Source of the DNA: Octopus vulgaris
Taxonomy: Eukaryota
Assembly (NCBI GenBank): GCA_951406725.2
Contig: OX597817.1
Coordinates: 81,158,001-81,222,000 of the forward strand
Length of the DNA stretch: 64,000 bases
Direction of reading: 5' to 3'
Numbering within the stretch: the first letter of the stretch is position 1; every line of letters starts with the position of its first letter. Position numbers and translations under genes: made by a program. Under the pieces are notes generated by a model. The model saw nothing but the letters and a program-made list of their open reading frames with translations, had not been told where the DNA came from and made no database searches. Positions 40,720 through 52,198 of the stretch are shown here, piece after piece.

Positions 40720-41520
40720 ATTGTAAGCGTTACACTTGGAATCAACGTCCATAATAGTGAGTCACAACTAGTTTCCTTAGATACCGTAGAGCTTTCGAAA
40801 AATCCTTGCTGTTCCTAAAACAACAGATTTCTCTTATTAATATAATTCTCGTAGTTACTCCGATCTCATTAAGTAAACTACTAAGTCTATTGGTAACGGT
40901 ACCTAGGGCACCTATAAGAACTGGGATTTCTTTTGCAGAAACTCTCCAGTCACCGCATTCCCCTTGCTAAGTCTTGATATTTTCCTATTTTCTTCTGTCC
41001 TTTAAGCACAACATTCATATCAATAGGCACAGCCACATCTATGATGATGCACTTTTTTTTTTATCATCCTGTCCAGAATGACAATATCTGGTCATTTTGT
41101 TTGAACCTCATGGCTGGTCTCATGGTTAGTTTTATGGTTAAGTCCCATAAAATCCTAAGCTGATTGCTCTCTGCAACAACTCTCCGGTTGGTGTTGGGTA
41201 CCATTTTCTGCTTACTTCAAAACTCCCTTGCCGTTATATATCCCTATGTGATACCTTGACTACACTATCGTGTCAGCGTTTATCTTTTTTCTTTCAAACC
41301 AAAAGACTAAAGTTACTTATCATGTATACAATGAACCCGTCCTTCTCTTAACTCATTCTGCATTTAGCACTTTCCACGGCTTTGTTTATTCTTGCCTTAA
41401 TAACATTCATTCGTGATGATTGGTTTTGAGCAGCCATAATGTGTCCTTTCGTTTCTTCCTTGAGTTCGCTATTCTTCAACCATAACCATGACTCATCTGA
41501 TGCAATATTCTGCTTTTTTT
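40720..41520 (-). mobile_element. Degenerate R4/Dong-like 3' fragment
   Basis: SWLWLKNSELKEETKGHIMAAQNQ..R.N..KA, and an IGALGTV motif with frameshifts. Confidence 0.7.
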
Positions 41521-41521
41521 T

Positions 41522-41597
<76 letters not shown>

Positions 41598-41599
<2 letters not shown>

Positions 41600-43900
41600 C
41601 ACTCAACAGATTAGACTGTTGGAAAAGAAAAAAATCCTAACATCAGGCTACAACAAGCAGCCTTAGATGCCAAGAAATCTCCTATTGGGTTACAGCTAGT
41701 AACCTTAAATCCCAAAAACCCTCATAAGTATCGTAGCTGTCCCTAATAACACTGTTTTATGCAGCTGTACTGAACTTAGTTTTATGCCTATTTCCTCTAT
41801 CCTTCTGTTCAGATCTTTATGGATAGTTCCCAATGCACCTATAATTACTGGGATATATTTTACCCACACTTTCCATAGTCTCTGTAATTCAATGGCTTGG
41901 TCCTGGTACTTTGATATTTTTTCTATACCTCTCATATTGATGTTTTCATTATTTGGGACTGTAAAGTCAGTTATCTGGCACTTTCTATTCTCTTTTTCTA
42001 CTACTACCAAATCAGGCCTTCTAGCTTCTATTACTTTGTTGGTCTAAATGTTAAAGTTCCACAACATCTTCTATTTCTTACTTTCTAGTATTTTACTAGG
42101 TTCATGTTCATACCATTTACCAGCATGTTCAAATCCTAGCTTTCTACATAGCTCCCAGTGGATTGCTCTCCCTAGATTGTCCTGTACTTTCTTGTATTCT
42201 TTCTGTGCCAGCATGTTACTTTCACTTACTATATGAGTAACGCTTTCCTCTTTTGATCTGCATAATCTACACTGATATCTTGCAAACAACTTGCACATGC
42301 AAGTGCTACCAGTTAAAAGCTCCGTATATCGGAAGCTAGCAAGTGTATGGGGTCATCAGGAGAGAATGCGCGCCGTTTCGGGGCCTACCTCTCGACGGCA
42401 TCAATGCGCACCGGCCCCCTCACTGATATGAGGCCCCGCTTGCTAGATCAGCTGGTTATGATGAACTCAATATACTTCTAGCCATCGCTCATCGTCTCTT
42501 TTTAACCAAATCCAGTGGCTAGCCTTCTCCACTGTAGATTGGATATCAGTCATGGTGGTATTGACTTTACGATGAGTTAGGCCTAACGATAACAACAGTC
42601 GTCTCACGCTGTGTCCTACAAACCCTCTACATCCGACTTCGATAGGAAAATGTTCCGCTTTCCAGCCTGCGTCTTCATATTCCTCGAGGAGGTTTTCATA
42701 ACGGTTTAATTTTCGAGCTCGAGCGGCGTCCATATTATCTTCGTGAGGAACCGTTAGCTCGACTATATTTAAAACTTTCTTTCTTTCACACCACATCAAA
42801 ATATCTGGTTTTTTCGAAACTGGGATGGGAAAGAAAACCTGGCACCCAGGTAAATCTGCAGTTACCTCCCAATAGTCGTTCCACTTTTCATTTTTCTCAG
42901 GAAGTTTCTTGGTCTTCTTGAAACGGATCTGCTGACCTGGTCGCACGAAGGTAATGAACTCTCTTGATGGTACTTTTAACGATTTTTCCTCAGTGTTGTT
43001 GAGATGAATTTGATTCTTTATAGCATTGAAGATAACCTTAAGGACCAGGTTGTGCCTCCATGTGTACCTGTTCAATGCTAACGAACAGTTGGAAAGAATA
43101 TGTTTTAGTGTACCGACTTTTCCACATTTGCAGACGTCATTCTCTAAGACGTTCCATCTTACTAGATTCGTAGGTGATGGCAAAACATCATAAGATGAAC
43201 GAATCAGGAAACTCAGCCGAGATGTTGTCCACTTCCACATCTCATCCCAACTTATCTTCCTCTCAACAACATGTTCTTCCCATCTCGTCATCTGACCTTG
43301 ATGAACACATCGGATCAAATGAAGCTCTCTTCTCTCTGCTTCTCTTGTTTTGACGCTGTTGCTAACAACAGATCTGCGTTCACACGGCATCATGCTTGCA
43401 AACGGTCTGAACTGATCCGCGCCAAAACCAAATCCTTTCCGATGGTTCTGCGTTGCTCCCACCATATCTCTGTTACTTTCACTTACTATATGAGTAACGC
43501 TTTCCTCTTTTGATCTGCATAATCTACACTGAGAATCTACTTGGTTTTTGCCTATCTTATCTTTTATCCTATTAGTCCTTAACGCTTGATCTTGTGCAGC
43601 AACTAACAAACTTTCTGTCTCCCTCTTCAGCTTTCTTTTCTGCGTCCTTTACCATGTCTCACTACTACTATTTGCTGCAACTATCTTTGGGAATCTACCA
43701 TACAACGCCTTCTCCTGTCAGTTAGATCATTTCTGTTCTTTTTTCTGGTTTTTAAGTTCGTTTTGTGTCTTGGTTTCTCTATGTCTTGCTGTGACTCTAG
43801 CAGCTTTTAATAAGCTTTCTTCACTGTTACCTACATAGGAGTCTATATCTATTCTAGCTAACTCCACGCAGTCTTCTAATGATACTAACCCTCTTCTGGA
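41598..43900 (-). mobile_element. R4/Dong-like RLE retrotransposon 3' fragment (interrupted by the HERO-like insertion)
   Basis: LLVAAQDQALRTN, CRLC...HIVSES..LAQKEYK, RPD.VVV, KYQD...W.V...PVIIGALG; the 3' end abuts an (ATT)n tract at ~41525-41597. Confidence 0.85.
42276..43470 (-). mobile_element. 5'-truncated HERO-like RLE non-LTR retrotransposon
   Basis: Uninterrupted ORF with QG..TRWE...ISW..MW...RLSFLIRS.YDVLPSP.NL, CCHC knuckle (CKC...HILSNC), RYTWRHN, and PD..ELT restriction-like endonuclease; ~190 bp 3' UTR; flanked by a 62-bp direct repeat. Confidence 0.85.
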
Positions 43901-45098
43901 ACTCACACATTTTTAAAAAGAATCAAGTCATGGCGTTGAAATTTTTGGCAAGATCCTCCCCTATTTTAAGTCAAGGTACCGCCACCATCAATGTCGATGC
44001 AACGGGTCTCGGCGACAGAAACAATAACATCATCATCACCAGCAGCAACAACAATAACAATGGTAGCAAAACGAAAGAATAGATAGTGACAGTGGCACCA
44101 TCACCAACACCAACACAGCGATAAGCACCATTGACAACAATGATAGCAGCAACATTGACAATGAAGACGAGAATTAAAAAAAAACTAATAGTAACAGAAA
44201 CACACCTATTAATGCTATCAACACAATAAAGAATTTTTTAAAGAATTTTTTTTAAAATTTGAATTTAAACCGTTGTCCGTGAAAATAGTGACATATATAT
44301 GTGTAGATAGACATATATATATATATGTAAGCGTATATATATGAGTGTGTGTACGTGTTTATATGATTGTGTGTGCTTATATATATGTATAGGTAGGTTC
44401 ATATTTGAATGCATGTATCTATGACATTGTATCCATTCACCGTTAGACGGTGGTGAGAGGGACACACGCGCACAACACACATACATGTGTGTGTGTGTGT
44501 GTGTGTATACACGGTCTTTTTTGCCGAACCACTAAGTTACGGGGACGTAAACACACCAGCATCGGTTGTCAAGCGATGTTGGTGGGACAAACACAGACAC
44601 ACACACACATGCATATATATATATACGAAGAGCTTCTTTCAGTTTCCGTCTACCAAATCCACTCACAAGGCTTTGGTCGGCCAGAGGCTATAGTGGAAGA
44701 CACTTGCCCAAGGTGCCACGCAGTGGGACTGAACCCGAAACCATGTGGTTGGTAAGGAAGCTACTTACCGGACTGCGGCCATGCTGGGATATTGCCTCGG
44801 TGGTTTTGCCGAACAAATCGAAAGTTTGGTACATATTTTATCGGCCTCTTTCGCCAAACCACTGGATAACGGGAATGTAAACAAACCAACACCGGTCGTC
44901 AAGCAGCGAGGATGACAACACAAGCACACACACACACACATACACACACATTAATATATAAGTTCATCTTTGTTTTATATAGTGTCTGTTAAGCTAAATT
45001 TTGCTTGAGTAAGCTGAGCTTTGTTAAATGATAATTATCAATCCGAAGATGACTTAGCAGGCCGAAACCTCGGAATTGCTGCCAATACTATCCTTGCT

Positions 45099-45437
45099 GA
45101 AGACGCATGGCTCAGTGGTTAGAGCGTTGAGCTTACGATCGTGAGGTTGTGACTTCGAATCCCGGACCGGGATGCGTGTTGTGTTCTTGAGCAAGACACT
45201 TTATTTCACGTTGCTCCAGTTCACTCAGCTGTAGAAATGAGTTGTGACATCATTGGTGCCAAGCTGTATCGACCCTTGCCATTCCCTTAGATAACACTGG
45301 TGGCGTGGAGAGGGGAGGCCGGTATGCATGAGCGACTGCTGGTCTTCCATAAAACAACCTTGCCCGGACTTGTGCCTGGGAGGGTAACTTTCTAGGTGCA
45401 ATCCCACGGTCAGTCATGACCGAAGGGGGTCTCAACA
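45099..45437 (+). mobile_element. tRNA-derived SINE with TSD
   Basis: TGGCTCAGTGGTTAGAGC...TTCGAATCCC head; 12-bp TSD ACTATCCTTGCT; related copy at ~36487-36830. Confidence 0.85.
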
Positions 45438-46554
45438 ACTATCCTTGCTAATGAATAATATATATACACATGTGTGAGTATATCGCATAGTATTATGCTC
45501 AACGCCCTTACATTTCCGCTAATCCATTGGCCTGAGACTTATTTTATCGACCCAGGAGGAAAGGGAGGTGAAGTTAACCCCGGTGGGATTTGAACTCAGA
45601 ATGTAAAGAGCCGAAACAAATACTGCAATGTATTTTACCCGACGCTCTATCGATTCTACCAATTTGTCGTCTTTATGTAGTCATACATCTAAAAAGGCGA
45701 GATGGTCAGGACTAGAGTGTCTTTAACAATAAATCTGTTTAATCATGTTTGATCAGGGGCTCAACAACAAAGACAATACTAATTCACCCACCATGTTTCC
45801 ATACCTTAATTAAGAATTCATTAAGTCAGCTAATTATGCAACCACATGTTAACTTCATTGGTATTGACATCAGCACGAAGTACATTTATGAGATTGTGAG
45901 GAGGCGGGACTTTCAGGGACATAGAGAAAGAAAATGGAGATTAGAATGGTATCGTTATTGTTGTTGTTGTTGTTGTTGTTGTTGTTATTGTTGTTTTTGT
46001 GATTGTTATTGTGTTTGGCTTTAGCAGACTGACGTGCCCGATTCACTTTTAAAATCGTTGGCGCTTTGGACAAAATGTTTAGCGGCATTCCTTCTGGCTC
46101 TTTGCATGCTGAAATCAAATCCCGCTGAGGTCAACTTCGCCTTTGATCCTTTCAGCTTCGATAAAATATGTACCAATTGAGCACTGGAATTGGTGTAATC
46201 GGCTAACCTTCCTCTCCAAAAGTGCTTATCCATTGCCAATATTTGAAATAGCTTTTTTCATTGCTGTTACTTTGTTTTATATGAGCTGCTTCGAGTCTTA
46301 TCTAGAAATCTCAAGGAACAACAAGTCGGATCTTTTGTTGTGGGTCCTATTTATGAGTAGCAATGATATGCTGCAGCGACAGGAGGCCAAATATTGGGGA
46401 CCTAAACACACCAACACCGGTTGTCAAGCGGTGATGAGGGACAAAACACACACACACACACACACATCTTAATAACGAAGAGAAGAGTAAAGATTTATTC
46501 ACATCCAAAACTTTTTTTTGTAAAAAGTTTTCAACACCATATGTATCACTGACC

Positions 46555-46828
46555 GGCATTCTTTCGATATAACTCGACAAAATCAAAACATTTCACTTCG
46601 GGTAATTCCGTGGGTTGTGGAGTATAGATATAACGAAATTATGCCAGCAATGTCTCATTTTAAACTTGGAGAAAAAAAGCATTGCATATTTTGTTCTTAC
46701 CTGTTTCATGTGTGTATGTAAATTCCGCAAATTTCCAAGCAGAAAACAGAATCGAACTGTCATTTGCTTCCACGGAAATACCCTAAGTGAAATGTTTTGA
46801 TTTTGTCGAGCTATATCGAAAGAATGCC
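46555..46828. mobile_element. 274-bp MITE with ~60-bp TIRs and 8-bp TSD (Merlin-like)
   Basis: GGCATTCTTTCGATATA...CCGTGG inverted at both ends; TSD CACTGACC (46547-46554, 46829-46836); GG..CC termini. Confidence 0.85.
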
Positions 46829-47198
46829 CACTGACCTACATATGTTTCGACTGCAGCGACTGCACATTGCTTTGTATGCAATTGTGCATTCTAGTCGTTG
46901 TAATTTCATCAAGGGTCCATCACTCACGACGTTTTGAAAGTGAACTGACTCAAACAAGCGTCCTGCGTTGGTATTCAGTTGAATGTGATAGCGTTACCTT
47001 TTTAAATCCAATGGAATTCTGGTCTTATAATCACCTCTACTGTTATTACAGTTGAAGAGTGGTTTTAAAACGTTTATTCAGATTTCAGTTAATTGTAGCA
47101 GTTTTGATTCCATGTTACTGTATGGAGTACATTATTTATTCAGAGGCATTTTACTTATTTTGGTTTTATCCCTTAATTAATATTCTTATTATTATTAT

Positions 47199-47272
<74 letters not shown>

Positions 47273-47663
47273 TAAATATTATTAATTATTATAATCAATA
47301 TTGTAACTAGCATAATTACTATAAATGGTGAGTTGTGTTTATTTAGATTGTTTAAACGTATATTTTCTCAAGTGTGGATATCTTAGAGCCTGTTCCTGTC
47401 TTGTGTTTATAAGAGCAAATTTAGAAGTGAAAATTTGGTACATTTCTTCCACACAAAAGTTATATCTATCATCAAGGTTTTGCCTTACTAATTACACACA
47501 CGCGTACATTTCTTCCACACAAAAGTTATATCTATCATCAAGGTTTTGCCTTACTAATTACACACACGCGCATATATATATATGCGTCCGACCAAAGATA
47601 GATCGTTAGCTCCTACACGCATTTTTTTCTCTCCTTGTTTCTCTCCTTGTTTTTTTCTGTGTA

Positions 47664-47701
47664 TCTTTCTGTCGAAGAGCGTAGGCTCGAAATGTAAAAG
47701 A
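47664..47701 (+). ncRNA. Minimal type I hammerhead-like motif (variant core)
   Basis: TCTTT-CTGTCGAA-GAGC GTAG GCTC-GAAA TG TA-AAAGA; second copy at 30241-30277. Confidence 0.5.
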
Positions 47702-47802
47702 CTTTTTCTATTTCTATTCCTGAGCGGTATATTAATACAATTGTTTGTTTGTACTCCACCTGCCTTCGTCTTTTGTTTATTTTCGTAAACCTTCCCGTTA
47801 TA

Positions 47803-47876
<74 letters not shown>

Positions 47877-48546
47877 ACGGGCTTCTTTCAGTTTCCGTCC
47901 GCCAAATCCACTCTTAAGGCTTTGGTCGGCCCGAGACTATAAGAGAAGAAACATTCTCAAGGTGCCACGCAGTGGGACTGAACCCAGAACCATTTGCTTG
48001 GGAAGCCACGCCTGTCATTTCGAAAGAGCTTGAAAGATTTATGTGGCCTCGAGCTGAAGTGGGTGATTTTTTTTTTCTTTAGAATGTATGATGTATCCAC
48101 GAGAATAATGGCAATGGCTGCCGCGATATCTCATCCGATATGGCGCTGGCTGCTTGTGCCGCTACAGCACCAATAAACTTCCTGGCTTCTGGCTCCGTGC
48201 TCTTGCTTGATGTGGCTTGGGTCAATCCAAGTTAATGGTCCCAGAGGCGTCATCATGCGTAGAGCCGACCAGGTCCGCCAATAAACTTCATAACAATATT
48301 CGCACGTATACATGTATTCTTATAAACTATTAAGGCAGCGAGCGGGCAAAATCGTTTGCACACCGGGCAAAATGCTTAACAACATTTCTTCTGTTTTTAC
48401 GTTCCGGGTTCAAATTTCGCTGAGGTCGACTTTGCTATTCATCCTCTCGGAGTCGATAAATTAAATACCAATTGAGTACTGAGATGGATATAATCGACTT
48501 GCCCCTCCCCCAAAAAATTTCAGGCCTTATACCTATAGTAGAAAGG

Positions 48547-48590
<44 letters not shown>

Positions 48591-49404
48591 GATGGTGAGC
48601 TGGCAGAATTGTTAGCATACCAAACAAAATGTTTAGCAGCATTTTGTCTGTCTTTACATTCTGAGTTCAAATACTACTGAGGTCGATTTTGCCTTTCATC
48701 CTTTCGGGGCCGATGAAATAAGCACCAGTTGGACACTGGCGTAAATGTAATCGATTAACCCCTCCCCCGAAATTGCTGGCCTCGTGCCAACATTTGAAAT
48801 CATTCTTACTCAATATTTACTTAAGCCCTTCGCTCCATATGGATCATAGACCGTTGAGGACTTTGCTCTACTGTTTTCTACTATATTTTCTATCCCTGCT
48901 GTTTCAGCTTCGCGAATATTTCCATAGGAGAAAGCATCCCTCTTGCAGATTTTATTGGTTTTGAATTGTTATCGATGCTTCAGTAACTTTGGTCTTTTTG
49001 AGTTTGTTTTTTTATTTGGGGGTGGGGTCTAGGTAGGGGTGTTGGTCCCAATACAAACATTTTTTTTACTTCTGGGAAGAAGTGGTCTCTAGTACTTTGG
49101 CCTCTCTCTCTCTTTTGACTTGTCCGAAATTAGAGGCTCTACTTGCAGGAACTTGTGCTCCGCTGGATGAGCTCTCAAGGATAACTGATGCACACATGCG
49201 ACCGCACCACACGAAGGAATATAAAGGAAGGAAGAAAGAGAGAAAGAAAGAACGAAAGAAAGAAAGATAGAAAGAGAAAACACAAGTAGAATCAAAGAGA
49301 TAAAGAAACTAACGAATAAACAAACAATGAAAAACAAATACATACACGCTTACACGCTAAAACAATTTGTTATATATCAAACTAAAGAGCAAGTAAAGCA
49401 GTTA

Positions 49405-49488
49405 GTCAGGATGGCCGAGCGGTCTAAGGCGCTGCGTTCAGGTCGCAGTCGGGTCTTCCCGGCGTGGGTTCGAATCCCACTTCTGACA
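49405..49488 (+). tRNA. tRNA-Leu(CAG), copy 1, canonical
   Basis: GTCAGGA/TCTGAC acceptor stem, A box TGGCCGAGCGG, anticodon arm CTGCG-TTCAGGT-CGCAG, long variable arm CGGG-TCTT-CCCG, T arm GTGGG-TTCGAAT-CCCAC, downstream T4/T5 runs. Confidence 0.96.
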
Positions 49489-49946
49489 ACTACCATTTTA
49501 ATTCTTTTTCTTTTGGTGATTACGAACTAGACATTTAGAGAGTGTTGTGTTCTTATTTGAATGCTCCATACCATAGATTTCTGAGTTCAAATACCTTTAT
49601 CATTTTCCTATATTGCAAAGGTTGATGTAACTTTAATCGCCATGCTCGACTGGTTGTGTTCTGAGTGCCTGACATTATCTCAGACGCCAAATACCCAATG
49701 TTGCTCTTCGTTTGATCCATTTTGTTCTTTGTACAACCATTCACCATCAACAACATCTCAGTTACTGTTATCGGAAGGCGCAGAAGGCCGTCTTCGATCC
49801 GCCATTATTCCCAAACACTCGGGCAAGGCGCTACCAAATAAAAACTAAATACTTCTGCTTGGAATCGATTAGCAAGCGCCCTCCGTGACCTGTCAAAGAC
49901 CTAATTGTGGATTTTATATCAAACTAAAGAGCAAGTAAAGCTGTTA

Positions 49947-50030
49947 GTCAGGATGGCCAAGCGGTCTAAGACGCTGCGTTCAGGTCGCAGTCGGGTCTTC
50001 CCGGCGTGGGTTCGAATCCCACTTCTGACA
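49947..50030 (+). tRNA. tRNA-Leu(CAG), copy 2, D-arm variant (G13A, G24A)
   Basis: Same as copy 1 except GGCCAAGCGGTCTAAGAC. Confidence 0.8.
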
Positions 50031-50488
50031 ACTACCATTTTAATTCTTTTTCTTTTGGTGATTACGAACTAGACATTTAGAGAGTGTTGTGTTCTTATTT
50101 GAATGCTCCATACCATAGATTTCTGAGTTCAAATACCTTTATCATTTTCCTATATTGCAAAGGTTGATGTAACTTTAATCGCCATGCTCGACTGGTTGAG
50201 TTCTGAGTGCCTGACATTATCTCAGACGCCAAATACCCAATGTTGCTCTTCGTTTGATCCATTTTGTTCTTTGTACAACCATTCACCATCAACAACATCT
50301 CAGTTACTGTTATCGGAAGGCGCTGAAGGCCGTCTTCGATCCGCCATTATTCCCAAACACTCGGGCAAGGTGCTACCAAATAAAAACTAAATACTTCTGC
50401 TTGGAATCGATTAGCAAGCGCCCTCCGTGACCTGTCAAAGACCTAATTGTGGATTTTGTATCAAACTAAAGAGCAAGTAAAGCTGTTA

Positions 50489-50572
50489 GTCAGGATGGCC
50501 AAGCGGTCTAAGACGCTGCGTTCAGGTCGCAGTCGGGTCTTCCCGGCGTGGGTTCGAATCCCACTTCTGACA
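50489..50572 (+). tRNA. tRNA-Leu(CAG), copy 3, D-arm variant (G13A, G24A)
   Basis: Identical to copy 2. Confidence 0.8.
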
Positions 50573-51030
50573 ACTACCATTTTAATTCTTTTTCTTTTGG
50601 TGATTACGAACTAGACATTTAGAGAGTGTTGTGTTCTTATTTGAATGCTCCATACCATAGATTTCTGACTTCAAATAGCTTTATCATTTTCCTATATTGC
50701 AAAGGTTGATGTAACTTTAATCGCCATGCTTGACTGGTGGAGTTCTGAGTGCCTGACATTATCTCAGACGCCAAATACCCAATGTTGCTCTTCGTTTGAT
50801 CCATTTTGTTCTTTGTACAACCATTCACCATCAACAACATCTCAGTTAATGTTATCGGAAGGCGCTGAAGGCCGTCTTCGATCCGCCATTATTCCCAAAC
50901 ACTCGGGCAAGGTGCTACCAAATAAAAACTAAATACTTCTGCTTGGAATCGATTAGCAAGCGCCCTCCGTGACCTGTCAAAGACCTAATTGTGGATTTTG
51001 TATCAAACTAAAGAGCAAGTAAAGCAGTTA

Positions 51031-51114
51031 GTCAGGATGGCCAAGCGGTCTAAGACGCTGCGTTCAGGTCGCAGTCGGGTCTTCCCGACGTGGGTTCGAA
51101 TCCCACTTCTGACA
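51031..51114 (+). tRNA. tRNA-Leu(CAG), copy 4, D-arm variant plus a G>A after the variable stem
   Basis: As copy 2, plus CCCGACGTGGG instead of CCCGGCGTGGG. Confidence 0.75.
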
Positions 51115-51572
51115 ACTACCATTTTAATTCTTTTTCTTTTGGTGATTACGAACTAGACATTTAGAGAGTGTTGTGTTCTTATTTGAATGCTCCATACCAT
51201 AGATTTCTGAGTTCAAATACCTTTATCATTTTCCTATATTGCAAAGGTTGATGTAACTTTAATCGCCATGCTCGACTGGTGGAGTTCTGAGTGCCTGACA
51301 TTATCTCAGACGCCAAATACCCAATGTTGCTCTTCGTTTGATCCATTTTGTTCTTTGTACAACCATTCACCATCAACAACATCTCAGTTACTGTTATCGG
51401 AAGGCGTTGAAGGTCGTCTTCGATCCGCCATTATTCCCAAACACTCGGGCAAGGTGCTACCAAATAAAAACTAAATACTTCTGCTTGGAATCGATTAGCA
51501 AGCGCCCTCCGTGACCTGTCAAAGACCTAATTGTGGATTTTATATCAAACTAAAGAGCAAGTTAAGCAGATA

Positions 51573-51656
51573 GTCAGGATGGCCGAGCGGTCTAAGGCGC
51601 TGCGTTCAGGTCGCAGTCGGGTCTTCCCGGCGTGGGTTCGAATCCCACTTCTGACA
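51573..51656 (+). tRNA. tRNA-Leu(CAG), copy 5, canonical
   Basis: Identical to copy 1. Confidence 0.96.
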
Positions 51657-52114
51657 ACTACCATTTTAATTCTTTTTCTTTTGGTGATTACGAACTAGAC
51701 ATTTAGAGAGTGTTGTGTTCTTATTTGAATGCTCCATACCATAGATTTCTGTGTTCAAATACCTTTATCATTTTCCTATATTGCAAAGGTTGATGTAACT
51801 TTAATCGCCATGCTCGACTGGTGGAGTTCTGAGTGCTTGACATTATCTCAGACGCCAAATACCCAATGTTGCTCTTCGTTTGATCCATTTTGTTCTTTGT
51901 ACAACCATTCACCATCAACAACATCTCAGTTACTGTTATCGGAAGGCGCTGAAGGTCGTCTTCGATCCGCCATTATTCCCAAACACTCGGGCAAGGTGCT
52001 ACCAAATAAAAACTAAATACTTCTGCTTGGAATCGATTAGCAAGCGCCCTCCGTGACCTGTCAAAGACCTAATTGTGGATATTATATCAAACTAAAGAGC
52101 AAGTAAGGCAGTTA

Positions 52115-52198
52115 GTCAGGATGGCCGAGCGGTCTAAGGCGCTGCGTTCAGGTCGCAGTCGGGTCTTCCCGGCGTGGGTTCGAATCCCACTTCTGACA
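52115..52198 (+). tRNA. tRNA-Leu(CAG), copy 6, canonical
   Basis: Identical to copy 1. Confidence 0.96.

Noticed and set aside
45099-45170. tRNA-like sequences at 45099, 29135, 35580 and 36490
   Set aside because: They are SINE heads: they continue into shared SINE bodies, mostly with TSDs, and lack a paired acceptor stem.
49800-49836. Possible antisense tRNA-Leu remnant (GGTAGCGCCTTGCCCGAGTG on the minus strand)
   Set aside because: Only the first ~15 nt resemble a tRNA 5' end; there is no anticodon arm or B box.
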